Source: a virus. Taken from it: a stretch of 64,000 nucleotides of DNA. The DNA is taken from the IMG/VR virus record IMGVR_UViG_3300005264_000830, positions 1 through 64,000 of that record; one strand, 5' to 3'. Below the pieces are notes generated by a model. That model did not search any database, was not told where the DNA came from, and saw only the letters and a program-made list of their open reading frames with translations. Each line of letters starts with the position of its first letter. The stretch's first letter is position 1. Of the stretch, positions 30,901 through 38,047 are shown piece by piece. A program made the position numbers and the translations under genes.

Positions 30901-31009
30901 TGTAATAGATAGTACTCAAGAAGATTTGAGAACACTGAGAATTAGTTATGACCAAAGGATAGGAGATGCAGAATATAATGCTAAAGAAGCAAGAAATATT
31001 AATACTTAA
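18923..31009 (+). CDS. Tape measure continuation / giant virion protein (4028 aa) with ComEA-type HhH domain
   Basis: Starts with a hydrophobic segment, then long coiled coils, two GGRIFGAGGP-DDKVPAY-SPGEFV motifs typical of tape-measure C-termini, an HhH domain and heptad repeats. Confidence 0.75.
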   Translation: MSDFSSENTKLIKAMAPLVGTGVGVALVAPSAIKGLKSLVTTAKDYRDEKYKIISADEAHIQAIRSVELEYDGYEKKLKKINRISDSSELQTKMVDLDTYKSPILELIRMQKQLQGFNNNLIDINPNVITGYDTFGNAIIGTSSSLKQYLAILEQTKVKELALEKVDVAKRFISDLTKTGGSEKVKEELKSLASEFPVIGKLISSNIVIGTRQAIGTVQKELNKLITSRNENPISTAFDSDIKKLEDSLSKLRDNFKSSVSDLKKTLSDIDLQGLSAEDIIDVFSSPDLKKGYELLLEYDVKFNTPFTKGKADIGDLIGKQVLGGINPRITPVLEAIPELTLERTKEAGIQPLEGKKEVSLRSGDIAILNDEFSKDYNVAGRQALIDVKDTDNIILEYFDKRQNELKRKTFDITDISPFVQAILPTKQIMDATEDKLQQLNAFVVGASAGISSMDNRLLLERNLDLGGRFFSDISTGTLVQSDKGYNPITETFGTQSEKQGYAADFKKYFSDPMNDYSKQMNQLKSLTYEGIDTSEVQLVGALREELSNMQSILKNNQIVFQYRAVHEDLNKTLEEGTRVLEQNINLEKQRQKVDTHSTGFLSGVAKELDNLDLGNYDFSSLNTQQKLLSESDSYRQTAGTVKVREIALEGVKQQLNEIEKAKLAITSIDKLNTGFGNKITPDQFEQFVKITDTGGSPIDAKMLLQNEAILKEEKLTNSNLEELINIMGNEDDIAGKLSASLERNVSSKTSVLPIAAIKDLSSLGNIREKAIKGENYEFAAKIDQVMNTFSAKLIGTVGTDKVFKAISANKALNLVNPFSKQISKEEFIGRSIRGANLSPEKFIADLDKSQKKGWSLFNSSIKDSQNYKQFISLRENNSNESFIKSKDVVKAAAALAVATQFSKLSQGSKSSELAKQSQSLEERIDFATKSKATPAVISALEKELKATRIAYEKSDKMSAIYGVTQAASGIVGGSTLLAQTLGASEGTAKGTAAVALGTYGLLKMLSKSVGQDLPTYVKEFGDNVKPYMKKFSEGKEVGDYKFKKMTEDFVKTYKEESKRATGTEQGKVAAQTKKEYDSLSSKELKELNKMSKEFYEKASTKVDEKSLTLLKTLTVGLTAAFAGYAAKQPDTRRNTLVNNAQRESEAFNSLLASNTKYVDDVFKRTVKQQDDSSIISQKQEQTTESKLINPDDEKKKQLQLLDNKSESISKELQSILKTQARDIASLDAANLLREAQSRLEDYVLSIRDSFVEFSVQKRLGGPLSTGNKLEGYEEDAVFPSFIKDMSAQARTFAKYKDEKVRGGTFGGAIKDSIGNGFNAIISGIGNKFEQLLTPFTNFNEFMASYKVGDMTYSDQTGVYNRLGKQQQSYIGLGSVISKEIMKLNTVINTSGQNKQVKNAAEDRKDDLEDLYRKLIEESDKTKDHLNQLGTALSNFNSYTESLQKLNNVIKELSVTRVVNNLKGMKEYQENISKMVGGSHPSAATNITYEQERMGERVGIDLTNRKSTKYDVEEVQTLNAIQKGDTSLETMMKYLDIRKQENRDSSNDTKQKEEDIFRASLQPYEEFITSLQRLKGMEGVGSKEGKDITSVMESLADNMARATDMITVKQAKIELKDSFGFFERGNKTYKDEMQRLKAMDPYDTVRRGMPVKEMEKFKKGGEYDELLTKSLLEIPSLDMKEMTLAVADPITEKLDISNKLLSALVKESGGMSRLDIKDLFNPEKKASGGRIFGAGGPRDDKVPAYLSPGEFVIRQSAAVDIGYANLEHMNQAGSIPKFGAGGKLTKQHISGAISYFNDEDGSLPDVFNPESKLFNKGITKRYLKYYKETLPQKVQERDDIKSIKSLKDLYNTLLDVSDGGIYTQNDLFLEDYSPLFKRLKEDNKPALTKWVEKNLRGTKSTATKGTRGIIGMNIEEALKEKDGGLIPRLASGGFLESIASGKGFRHVSDKMRGAQNWLEKKRLDSVYTENFSIGNLLKQGAFATAELGTRLGKMPMDMFSMIEGTSDLGISGLKDVGSQLYTAASGKIKNDGVVGTLKDIGTAGMDALKDSISKGGLGITSEVLAAVTGIGVTKQLAKLDKASIPKLFLNERGSLNFPVPKMLQSKIDGVTKSSGHYSNKDILDVYRRQAGTPSELVDEELVNITEDNIGTLINLTRPKIGSSVKELKEAELLHKQLRASMVKVKTYSDSDLISMLRSEAKEKLSNELWQKRLNLITDSHIKTKNIQKSNITKEALNSLENKAFGKLKKIEKQPLLSTNDYIKQAGFPADMPSSELNALKNQVRQAKSFAKANNVQFNGLQRTHNPDPEKSAAFFYTLSDKAEYTKGVDLGLTWQGYGGQDPIKVMEKAKVLNLQKLQDISTSDMKKKVEMVKQSEVKLTPAQELTKKLEAKAFGLKEGGIVNWINNFGTSNEISKGIDTLQNQKNKYGKFNKGITKDLDTKDSKFNWQKLKERFFGGGTTGVEFQDTIDKWQKGELKKSDGGLIQKFENGGLLSGPGWLESFKKESDEFEKVSYLGKAAKKQSTYKSFTGDSSDAQEVSSTDYAKSITNSQLPTSNVEDLPFESKSLDEAVSSSNESSNKLKFFDRHKNNFNTYRGITSSLEVKAAPTTFHADQLKSTIDIAKKRNDFIPYTNSELDNLVQLGNVDQLNKRIKAYDGTDTVAPVALFNSLAKARRKTTNVDDPSLTNTVDKTIKDPSQPNSFKTIEDFLAAGFSEQEANSIIVPDFKKEDGLFGFKGTHRDLMKIKSEFREERLSGKHGPQKEVDFYMAELGTTLLSTLTGLMAMAESPIETTKNLKSSLDSIAGLAQDKILNDGVYQTGKDTAKAAGTMLWDDLKTGGVGTLATLIDLFVGSKVSTIRKIPSSMGTARSTVPKILKPQAGMSSNTIKYFKKPVDVDTMITPSELKELDRMLKPQAGASTSVIKDYFKNKKPSMFTNIGDKFSNVKSKMKSYLPSFSKSKKDLSLNNRRKNQILMDLENNPSLMSRLQGRVTTDKNIYDVMEQYASNKVRSEDFMQMVGSAVRKPKDIINKYSPIMGNKFSNFGDIIASKFSKTTRDKRKFERAKKNAKRGKTNIDKQRKFAKDQAIYNRTIKQQLHSEPTTSRNQFLDGIYSSFDDLTSAPSRVTNIKETLGLKTIKENLNKFKSSKIDINSADYFELQKIPGVGPVRAEAIMDYREKIGAFENISALGDVPGVPLSVFNKNKDIITSVQRPTIDTTPITKPMYSVYDMFANVKSKAEAAKPFVEDLVPNKLSKSRVAAAATGSEKINKNEIKKVLKKIQKAVDKGKMEKANKILNAAEKKYGVAYEKFAQGGTVGFKTPQYFNTGTTDLIKDLEKEKELPLWGYNTWKDVSTIFTEEERNKAINRQLFGVEFGKKSDEEVRLLKNDRLVAKAITSGTIKQYLASASRVRDGVVKLQGKDGFHDIDINGRILAGKVGIGAYRADTPEERKKLESYKVPKSEILEQQKNYFDKKEKIATLRNDFFSSNDFSRELPKELRGTSSAKYYNYLKNIHNLRAINKKKHLDLDGKFFKKDERAALEKDSEYMDWAAQFTGPIMEKLAKGERPESLIMKIKTGNSLRPYENLSLSEAVNAAGRVAGAKLQGFQSKDFEDKYGFDETSAFFVSPSLLEAAKSGDEEAANRLRLMTTDKKEYLKLISNKKEDQASAVEFYKKFFVVNSGQKYYGEGSIKELLKQLTEMKGSGIASVTPQKAAWGGRIFGAGGPMDDKVPAYVSPGEFVVRAPAAKKLGYATLDFMNQSGNVPKFSTGSEQKTDFSNLSMNPLASSAMNKTTNVKATLENNIVKLENDVVKLDKDTIKAKLDGPIEVKLENDTVKLESDTVKLEDNIVKLESNTITAVMDGPVAAELKDNIVQLESNIVRLENDSITAVIDSPVEAILSDNVVKLDVSALGNIGTDIASAITSALSNLDLGSTVGAAQTNLDDFMNKWNDRIPTLIIEGIDKEIEVLAGNTQQVAPQYNNDLIEKVNYLTNVIDSTQEDLRTLRISYDQRIGDAEYNAKEARNINT
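28367..28510 (+). other. ComEA-like helix-hairpin-helix DNA-binding domain
   Basis: KIDINSADYFELQKIPGVGPVRAEAIMDYREKIGAFENISALGDVPGV. Confidence 0.9.
30308..30645 (+). repeat. Degenerate 21-bp (7 aa) coding tandem repeat
   Basis: LENNIVK, LENDVVK, LENDTVK, LESDTVK, LEDNIVK units, punctuated by DGP/DSP turns. Confidence 0.85.
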
Positions 31010-31024
31010 AAGGACATTTAAAAT

Positions 31025-32302
31025 ATGGCAGAGTCAATAAATTCACCGGATGGGTTGGAAGATGTGTGGGAAATGTACGGAGATGACTCAGGCTTTGTAG
31101 AAATAGAGTGTGAAGAATCTTCAGATTTAATAGGAGATATTTTAAATACTTATAGTATTCCGTATGATTCTACTACTAGTTTAGGGGGCTCATTAACTAC
31201 GTTAGATATAAAACATATGGACGCCATAACAGTCATTAACTTATCATTACTAGAAGGCTCCATTAAGGCTGGCGGCATATTAGAATATTTTATAAATGAA
31301 GAAGGTGAATTCGAAGTAATGGAAATAGGACATCGTAATGGTAGTTTATCTCCTATCTATTATGAATTACAAACAAGTTCATATAAAGAAATGTGTGCAG
31401 GAGTAATGATTACTGGTGGAAAACCATTGATTAATAGAAAAAACTTAATATGGAAAAATATTTGGGGAAATTCGAAGACAATATATGATTCTACTAATAT
31501 TATAGCTAATTGTTCTTTGGATAACTTCAGTACAAATGCTTTAATAGTTTTTAATGACCCCCATTTGGATTCTGCATATGAAGATGGGATAAATAATTTT
31601 TATGAATTAACACAAGATAACCCATGGGATAGGATAGTTGGCTACGCTACATATATAACTGTGCCAGGATATTCAAAGGATCAGTTATTAGACACAAAAA
31701 TTGCCTATCATAAAACTTCAAAATTACCTATAATATGTGGAGTGGCCGAGGGTACAGAGGATGGTCCGGGATTAGGTACATTATTAGAACGTCCTATATA
31801 CTCTGGCAATGATTCACCATCCTCATCAGTAGATAATTGCTGGAAGAATAATGGAAAAACAGTAGGCTCATATAAAGATGGAATTAAAATCCCATTAGAT
31901 AAAAGTTTTTTTTATGAAAATGTTCGTGGGGAATTAGTAAGTAAGTTTGTAAATGTAGAAGCAGTTTATGTAGTAGGATACAAATTTGATTGGGTACACT
32001 CCATTCCGAAATCAGATGTTTATGCTAGACAAGAGCAGACAGAGGCTACTACTGATTTGATAGCTTCTATTTCGGATACAGTTAAAAATACCTATAAATT
32101 AGAGGAAGGTACACATTATTCTATAATGTTCTCCCCGAAAGATGAGGAAATTTCTAAATTTAAAGAACCTTATATAGTATTTGCTAAGAATACACGACCA
32201 AATGAGCCACAACAATTTAAACCATCACAAGAATACTATTTGGGAGCAGATTATTGCCATGGTAAATATCGACACCCCATCTATTTCAGTGTACGATCCT
32301 GA
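31025..32302 (+). CDS. Putative tail tip/hub protein, N-terminal part
   Basis: Acidic 425 aa ORF directly after the tape measure; overlaps the next ORF out of frame. Confidence 0.6.
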   Translation: MAESINSPDGLEDVWEMYGDDSGFVEIECEESSDLIGDILNTYSIPYDSTTSLGGSLTTLDIKHMDAITVINLSLLEGSIKAGGILEYFINEEGEFEVMEIGHRNGSLSPIYYELQTSSYKEMCAGVMITGGKPLINRKNLIWKNIWGNSKTIYDSTNIIANCSLDNFSTNALIVFNDPHLDSAYEDGINNFYELTQDNPWDRIVGYATYITVPGYSKDQLLDTKIAYHKTSKLPIICGVAEGTEDGPGLGTLLERPIYSGNDSPSSSVDNCWKNNGKTVGSYKDGIKIPLDKSFFYENVRGELVSKFVNVEAVYVVGYKFDWVHSIPKSDVYARQEQTEATTDLIASISDTVKNTYKLEEGTHYSIMFSPKDEEISKFKEPYIVFAKNTRPNEPQQFKPSQEYYLGADYCHGKYRHPIYFSVRS

Positions 32303-32999
32303 ATTAAATGATGACCCAGGGGAACCTACTACTAAAGCTATAGATATAGCCAATGTTTTAGAGTATAAGATGGCGCCTATTGTTATAACAGAGCCCCCTG
32401 CTCCGATATCTTTTTGTGAAGGAGGAAGAGCACGTATAATAGATCAATCTTCTACACTTAAAGATAGCGACCCTACTACTAAACAAAACTTTACTGATAC
32501 TGAATTGGAACTAGCTAATGATGTGATGTCTAGTGGGCCTGGTATTAATCTAACCTTATCATTTATAGAGGAAGAAAATGATTTACTTGATTTGGCAGAA
32601 AGTCTTTATGATTATATGAACTCTGCAGGAAATGGTGCTATAGAAAAGACATATATATGTGGTCCTGAGGCGGACCCAAAATTAGGAGCATTAGGGGATG
32701 ATGGTATAATTAACGAAATTACTTATGCTTATTCTGATAGCGGATCTTATACTATTTCAGTAAATGAGGGAGCTTGGTTGGTAGGGAACTTAACTTCTGT
32801 AAATACCAGCACTTCTTTTAAAATTTCAGAGAGTGTATCTGCAAGAGGTACCGTTATAGAAGGTATTGGTGATGGAATATTTTTTAAAGTAAAATTAGAT
32901 GGCTATGGAGAAAGAATTGCTATTAATACAGCTACTTCTATTTTAAGAGTAGGGGATGTTGTAACTTGTACAGTACATAACAACCCAGTGGAGACATAA
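32181..32999 (+). CDS. Putative tail tip/hub protein, C-terminal part with OB-fold-like end
   Basis: C-terminal RGTVIEG..FKVKLDG..LRVGDVV resembles a spike-type OB fold. True start uncertain (possibly ATG 32259, or a continuation of the upstream ORF). Confidence 0.55.
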   Translation: MLRIHDQMSHNNLNHHKNTIWEQIIAMVNIDTPSISVYDPELNDDPGEPTTKAIDIANVLEYKMAPIVITEPPAPISFCEGGRARIIDQSSTLKDSDPTTKQNFTDTELELANDVMSSGPGINLTLSFIEEENDLLDLAESLYDYMNSAGNGAIEKTYICGPEADPKLGALGDDGIINEITYAYSDSGSYTISVNEGAWLVGNLTSVNTSTSFKISESVSARGTVIEGIGDGIFFKVKLDGYGERIAINTATSILRVGDVVTCTVHNNPVET

Positions 33000-33001
33000 A
33001 T

Positions 33002-33589
33002 ATGGCACAAATTGAAAAAGTTGAGATCAGAGCACAAATAACTATTGGTAATTTAACTGTAAGAACACCTTACATACAATCATTTAATGTGAGAAAGGCT
33101 AGAGGTCAAGTATCTTCTTTTGACGCCTCTTTAAAGGTTGAATATGAAAAAATGCAAGGAAGTGGAGTAGGTGGAGATATAGTAATCAAAGCAGGAACTT
33201 CTTCAACCATAAAAAAAATTTTTACAGGCATAATAAAGAAAGCTACCATATCTCCTTGTTGGAATGACCCAGGATTTGTTTTTCTTAATGTAAATGGTAT
33301 TGATGCTTTAGGTATGTTACAAGGGAAGAAGTATTCTAGAAGATGTAGGGCAACTAAAGGGGTCTGGGTTAGTATTGACAGTGTTGTTAGATCAGGGCTA
33401 AGGGATGGCAAATTTGCATACAATACTGATACCGTAATAGTAGATCCAGCACTATCCCATGATCAAATTAATGAGTTAAATGAAACTAAACAACAGGGAA
33501 AAAACGTAGGAAAAGCGCCTAGGAGTAAAAAAGAAAAAACTCCTTTAGTAGAAATTTCAAGAAATATAGATACAGGGGTAGCTCCATAA
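33002..33589 (+). CDS. Baseplate/tail hub-like protein
   Basis: IQSFNVRKARG..SFDASL..IFTGII..GID pattern resembles hub (gpD/gp27-like) beta barrels. Confidence 0.5.
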   Translation: MAQIEKVEIRAQITIGNLTVRTPYIQSFNVRKARGQVSSFDASLKVEYEKMQGSGVGGDIVIKAGTSSTIKKIFTGIIKKATISPCWNDPGFVFLNVNGIDALGMLQGKKYSRRCRATKGVWVSIDSVVRSGLRDGKFAYNTDTVIVDPALSHDQINELNETKQQGKNVGKAPRSKKEKTPLVEISRNIDTGVAP

Positions 33590-33978
33590 TGGCAGATATT
33601 ACAAATATACAGATGTCAGGACTATCTCCTGGGAATACATATAAAATTAAAGTACCTATCAAAAAAGATCTTGGAACAGGGTATTCTCCAAAAACAGGTA
33701 ATGTTGAGTTAGATAACAAAACATATGAATTAAAAGTCGGATTTTTATTAGTAAATGAGGAGAGTGGTATAGGTGAACTATTAGATAATTATCCAAACGA
33801 GGTGGCGATAGATTATAAACCGTTATTATATGGGGAGTCAACTATATATTTTTATGCTAGTACAGGAGAAATCATACGTTTTGGAATTATGCCTACAGAA
33901 GTACATGATCATTCTAGTATAGTGACAGGTGGACCAGCATATGGTACATACTTCACTGATTTAACTGAGGAGACTTAA
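33589..33978 (+). CDS. Small virion protein with C-terminal HxH motif (spike-apex-like)
   Basis: EVHDHSS near the C-terminus; TAATG-coupled to the upstream gene. Confidence 0.5.
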   Translation: MADITNIQMSGLSPGNTYKIKVPIKKDLGTGYSPKTGNVELDNKTYELKVGFLLVNEESGIGELLDNYPNEVAIDYKPLLYGESTIYFYASTGEIIRFGIMPTEVHDHSSIVTGGPAYGTYFTDLTEET

Positions 33979-33980
33979 TT

Positions 33981-34580
33981 ATGTCGGAAGTATGTTGTAA
34001 TTTAGTAGGAAATTTTGATGATGTGGGGTTTAATCTTCCAGGAGGTTGTTTTATATCAGTAAATAATAATATAAATACTGAATATGGTAATTTCCAATGT
34101 GATAATTTAGATACTAGTGGTTACACGGTTGGTTCTTTAAATTTGTCAGCCTATATAGACCCACCAGACGTATACTCAGGCTGTGGTGGAAGGGCAGGAG
34201 TACAAATACTTTGGTTACGTAAATATAATTGTAGTATAGATAGGCTTCATTTTATATACGCTGGAGAAGGTCGTTCGTTTAGATCTACAGGTGCGGAAAA
34301 TTTTGTCACACTAAATACAGAGTTTACTAAACGTACTAAGATAATAAATGCATCTTCCCAATCAGGACCAGGTGCTTTATATACTGATAATGAACAAATA
34401 GAAGGATTAGGTATGACCTTCAGTAAAGGACCTATTACATTTGATACTTCTTCATCAGAAGGCTGTACTTTAGCTAATATGGGAATAGGAACAGGGAGTT
34501 ATTATTTACAGAATTTTAATATGGAATTAGTTCCAGGGTCAATTCCAGTAGTTAATTACACTTTTGCGTATTTACCATAA
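33981..34580 (+). CDS. Hypothetical Cys-containing virion protein
   Basis: GAGGAG SD; 199 aa ORF. Confidence 0.7.
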   Translation: MSEVCCNLVGNFDDVGFNLPGGCFISVNNNINTEYGNFQCDNLDTSGYTVGSLNLSAYIDPPDVYSGCGGRAGVQILWLRKYNCSIDRLHFIYAGEGRSFRSTGAENFVTLNTEFTKRTKIINASSQSGPGALYTDNEQIEGLGMTFSKGPITFDTSSSEGCTLANMGIGTGSYYLQNFNMELVPGSIPVVNYTFAYLP

Positions 34581-34593
34581 GGAGAAAATATAA

Positions 34594-34878
34594 ATGGCAC
34601 ATTATCAAGGTAAAAATTATAAATTAAGAACTAGTAATCCTATGCCTACTTCTACACGAGGTCATTTTGTTTTACATACTTTTATGGCAGCTTTACAGGA
34701 TTCTGATATAGAAACATGTACTGATGAATTACCATCTTCTAGTGATTTTGTTGGACAGGGTGGAAATTTAACTTCTGCTAACTTCTCCAGGCTTCCAATT
34801 GGAGGAGGAGGGTTATTCCAAGGAAAAACATCAGATGTGGAAACATATGATGAAGAAGGTGTGTGGGGGTTTAATTAA
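34594..34878 (+). CDS. Hypothetical protein
   Basis: AAGGAG SD; 94 aa. Confidence 0.7.
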   Translation: MAHYQGKNYKLRTSNPMPTSTRGHFVLHTFMAALQDSDIETCTDELPSSSDFVGQGGNLTSANFSRLPIGGGGLFQGKTSDVETYDEEGVWGFN

Positions 34879-34880
34879 TA

Positions 34881-35114
34881 ATGACAGATTTTATTGAATG
34901 TGAATCATTAAGTATTAGTTATAATGAAATGGGTATAGCTACTATTACATACACTGTAGTTTCAGATAATAGCAGTATACCTTCATCGGTTGGAAATAGT
35001 ATCAGTGTGGGGGGTCTTAATTTCAGTGGTTTTATAACAAATTTATATCAGCAACCTATTCCAAACACTGAAAATTGGTATACAACTAATGTAACTATGG
35101 TTGCAGTTTCATAA
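34881..35114 (+). CDS. Hypothetical small beta-rich protein
   Basis: 77 aa ORF packed in the operon. Confidence 0.65.
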   Translation: MTDFIECESLSISYNEMGIATITYTVVSDNSSIPSSVGNSISVGGLNFSGFITNLYQQPIPNTENWYTTNVTMVAVS

Positions 35115-35125
35115 GGAGAAATATT

Positions 35126-35350
35126 ATGGCATGTGGTGGATGTGGTAGGAGAAGAGTACCTCCAAATACTAATGTAACTTCGTCAAAAGATTATGATTTG
35201 GCAGGAGGAATGGATATAAGAAGTCTTAATGATAGACAAATAAGAGCTAGATTAGAAGTATTTAAACGCAAGTTTTGTAATGGGTGTAATATTAGGTATG
35301 AATGTGATTATACATCCTATTTAAATTGTAAGGGGTTACATAAAAAATAA
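35126..35350 (+). CDS. Small Cys-rich protein (CGGC, CxxC..C..C)
   Basis: AAGGAG SD; MACGGCG start. Confidence 0.7.
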   Translation: MACGGCGRRRVPPNTNVTSSKDYDLAGGMDIRSLNDRQIRARLEVFKRKFCNGCNIRYECDYTSYLNCKGLHKK

Positions 35351-35385
35351 TAATGTAATCTATTAATAACTAGGAGGAATTTATT

Positions 35386-36069
35386 ATGTCAATGACAGTT
35401 GTTATAGGTGCTGGTACTACAGCATCATTAGATGGAGGTACTGGTTACTGTATATTGTCCGCACAATGGGGCTTCAATCCAGGTAGACAAGACGCTTTCT
35501 GTTTAGGTGAATGGGAACCAAGTCCAGATCATGTAGTGTATAAACCTACACAGACTTTAAGTTTAACTTTATACGCTCCAGGGCCATCAAACAAATCAAT
35601 ACCAGCGACTACTGATTGTAATGATGCAGACACTATTTCTGCTTCGGTTGCCCCAGCTGCTTGTGACGGTGCCATAGATAATATAGCTGGGGATTGGTTT
35701 ATCCAATCATTTAGTTATACAAAAGAAAGTAGAGATCAAGCTGGACAGGAAAGTTGGTCCTTGATAAAATATAAAGGGGATGTTGCAACTTTTTTAACTT
35801 CTCAAGGAGTTCCATCTGAAAGAATTGCAACTCCTACTTTTATTTCTAGGGGAATCACAATGGGTGAAGCTACGGATGAAACACAAGCAGGTATAACTTT
35901 TTCAAGTACATTTGCAAGAGCACAAACTGGAAGTGTGTCTGCTGGAAGTATGGGCAAAGCATCAGAGGTAATATACGGGTCGGTATCTGAAGTAGGAGGA
36001 GGAAGTTCTGATTCTGGGTTTGTCGGAACAGGAAGTGCTTCAATACCTTACACACCTAATTATATTTAA
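35386..36069 (+). CDS. Putative minor tail (tube-like) protein
   Basis: AGGAGG SD; Ser/Gly/Thr-rich beta pattern. Confidence 0.6.
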   Translation: MSMTVVIGAGTTASLDGGTGYCILSAQWGFNPGRQDAFCLGEWEPSPDHVVYKPTQTLSLTLYAPGPSNKSIPATTDCNDADTISASVAPAACDGAIDNIAGDWFIQSFSYTKESRDQAGQESWSLIKYKGDVATFLTSQGVPSERIATPTFISRGITMGEATDETQAGITFSSTFARAQTGSVSAGSMGKASEVIYGSVSEVGGGSSDSGFVGTGSASIPYTPNYI

Positions 36070-36088
36070 AAAAAAGGGAAAAAAGCAT

Positions 36089-36523
36089 ATGACAGTGTTT
36101 TTATTATCAGAACAATTTAGATTAGAGCTACGATGGCAAGAAGTTTTGTATGAACGAGATGGGGAATGTAAATTAATAAACGCTTTTTTTACTGGACCTG
36201 TAATACAGATAGCTCAAAAGATTAATTCTAATGATTACATGTTATTGGATTTTTATTCACAGTATTTACATTTAGTGAATAATGTATATGTAGCAAATTT
36301 TTCTTGGAAAGAGGTTACTTACAGTGAAGATGGTAAAATAGTATTTTTAAAAAATGCCTTACTGAGTCATAGGAGTGAATTAAATACCGCTCCAAACTTA
36401 AAAAGTGATGATTATTTCGTAATAGATACTAGTGATCATGTAATTGAAAAACATAGTGCTAATTTAGTTTATAAAACTTATCTAATTAATAATGATAATA
36501 TGAGGTATAATTTTAATAAATGA
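36089..36523 (+). CDS. Hypothetical protein
   Basis: ATG 36089 is preferred over 36020, which overlaps the upstream gene. Confidence 0.65.
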   Translation: MTVFLLSEQFRLELRWQEVLYERDGECKLINAFFTGPVIQIAQKINSNDYMLLDFYSQYLHLVNNVYVANFSWKEVTYSEDGKIVFLKNALLSHRSELNTAPNLKSDDYFVIDTSDHVIEKHSANLVYKTYLINNDNMRYNFNK

Positions 36524-37011
36524 GTTGTAAAGACAAATATTGTATAACAGTTTCAGGAACTACTAATGAAGAGATCTGGAAAGAAATTAGATCTTTAGTA
36601 GGTGGAACTAATGTAGGTACAGATTCTGAAGTATTAATGAATTCTGAAATAAATGATTATAATTTATGGGTTGCAGATAATTGGCCCGTATCATTTGATA
36701 AATGGTTAATTTGGAGGATTAGAATAGGGACTACTAGTTATGGAAATCTTCCAAGGGACAAAAAACATGATGATAAAGTAGGGCACTGTTACGCCCCATG
36801 TCCTTATAGTATTCAAAGTACTGATTTGAGGACTAGACATTTATTAAACTTAACTGAAATAGAGGCTCTTCCCACTAAAGTAGATCATGAAATTGCAGGA
36901 ACCACTTATTATATGAAAACATCTAGTAGAGGAAGTAAATGGGGATTTGAGTGTACTTATATAGGGTGTACACATTATATATTATATGGCAAAAAGTATT
37001 TTTATACTTAA
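36520..37011 (+). CDS. Hypothetical Cys/Trp-rich protein
   Basis: 163 aa ORF overlapping the upstream stop. Confidence 0.65.
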   Translation: MSCKDKYCITVSGTTNEEIWKEIRSLVGGTNVGTDSEVLMNSEINDYNLWVADNWPVSFDKWLIWRIRIGTTSYGNLPRDKKHDDKVGHCYAPCPYSIQSTDLRTRHLLNLTEIEALPTKVDHEIAGTTYYMKTSSRGSKWGFECTYIGCTHYILYGKKYFYT

Positions 37012-37046
37012 AAGAAATAGATTTTAATTAAAGGAGGAAGTAATAA

Positions 37047-38027
37047 ATGGCAATTAACATAGATACACAAAATTTAGAATTATATCCAGGAACAACAAAA
37101 CGAGTATCAATAGATTTAGATAGTATGGTAATTATTGGTGCTGAAGGCGACGAAACCTTTACATTAAATGTCGCTACTAGTGCTTATAGTGATAATACTA
37201 ATAGAACTAATATACCTGATTTATATATTACTAATATGAAAACAGGATGGATTAAGAGCTCTGGTTTTGCTGGTAGTTCAGGTAAATATTATTTGAATGC
37301 AACACACAACAGTTTAAAAGTAAAATTAGATGCGACTGTTAGTGGTAATGACGGTAATGGTTATTATACAATTAGCCTTACTCCGAATGACGATGATACT
37401 CCAGTACCTGGGGAAGTTGTAGCCGCAGAATTAGAAACAAAAATAAGAGCTCTTGCTCCTATTTTAGCAACTGCAGACACAGGATTTACTACTGCATATA
37501 GAAATGCATCTGTAGAATATAAGAATGGTAAATTTTGGGTGGTTTCTGGCAGTGTTGGAAACTATTATTCAGGTAATTTACGTTCATCTGTTGATATAAT
37601 TCCAGCAACTGTTAATGATTGTTCTACAGAATTAGGTTTTGATTTACCAACATCTAGTCATTTTTTAGCAAACGTTGCAGTAAAAGAAACATTGTTAAAT
37701 TCTAGTTACACTGCTGATACTGATACATTAAGTGTAAATACAGGCACAGGTGCTACTGCAGGAATGGCATTTATGATAACTGATGGAACAAATTCAGACT
37801 ATTTTACAGCGTTGTCTGGAACAACTGATTCTAGTATAACAGTGGCTACAGAATCTACTAATGGGTTTATTGGTATAAATAATTCATATACTGGAGGGGC
37901 TGCTAGAATTCAATTATTGAAAGAACAAGACCCTGAAAGTATTCCTAATAGTTGGTATACTTCTATAGATCAATTAGTACGTTATGGTATTAAAGCAATG
38001 GTAAATCAAATAGATTACAGTAGTTAA
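37047..38027 (+). CDS. Virion structural protein with repeated '..LGF' domain
   Basis: AAGGAGG SD; Ser/Thr-rich; shares a domain with ORFs 49809 and 58215. Confidence 0.7.
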   Translation: MAINIDTQNLELYPGTTKRVSIDLDSMVIIGAEGDETFTLNVATSAYSDNTNRTNIPDLYITNMKTGWIKSSGFAGSSGKYYLNATHNSLKVKLDATVSGNDGNGYYTISLTPNDDDTPVPGEVVAAELETKIRALAPILATADTGFTTAYRNASVEYKNGKFWVVSGSVGNYYSGNLRSSVDIIPATVNDCSTELGFDLPTSSHFLANVAVKETLLNSSYTADTDTLSVNTGTGATAGMAFMITDGTNSDYFTALSGTTDSSITVATESTNGFIGINNSYTGGAARIQLLKEQDPESIPNSWYTSIDQLVRYGIKAMVNQIDYSS

Positions 38028-38047
38028 TATGACAAAAAGGATTATGA

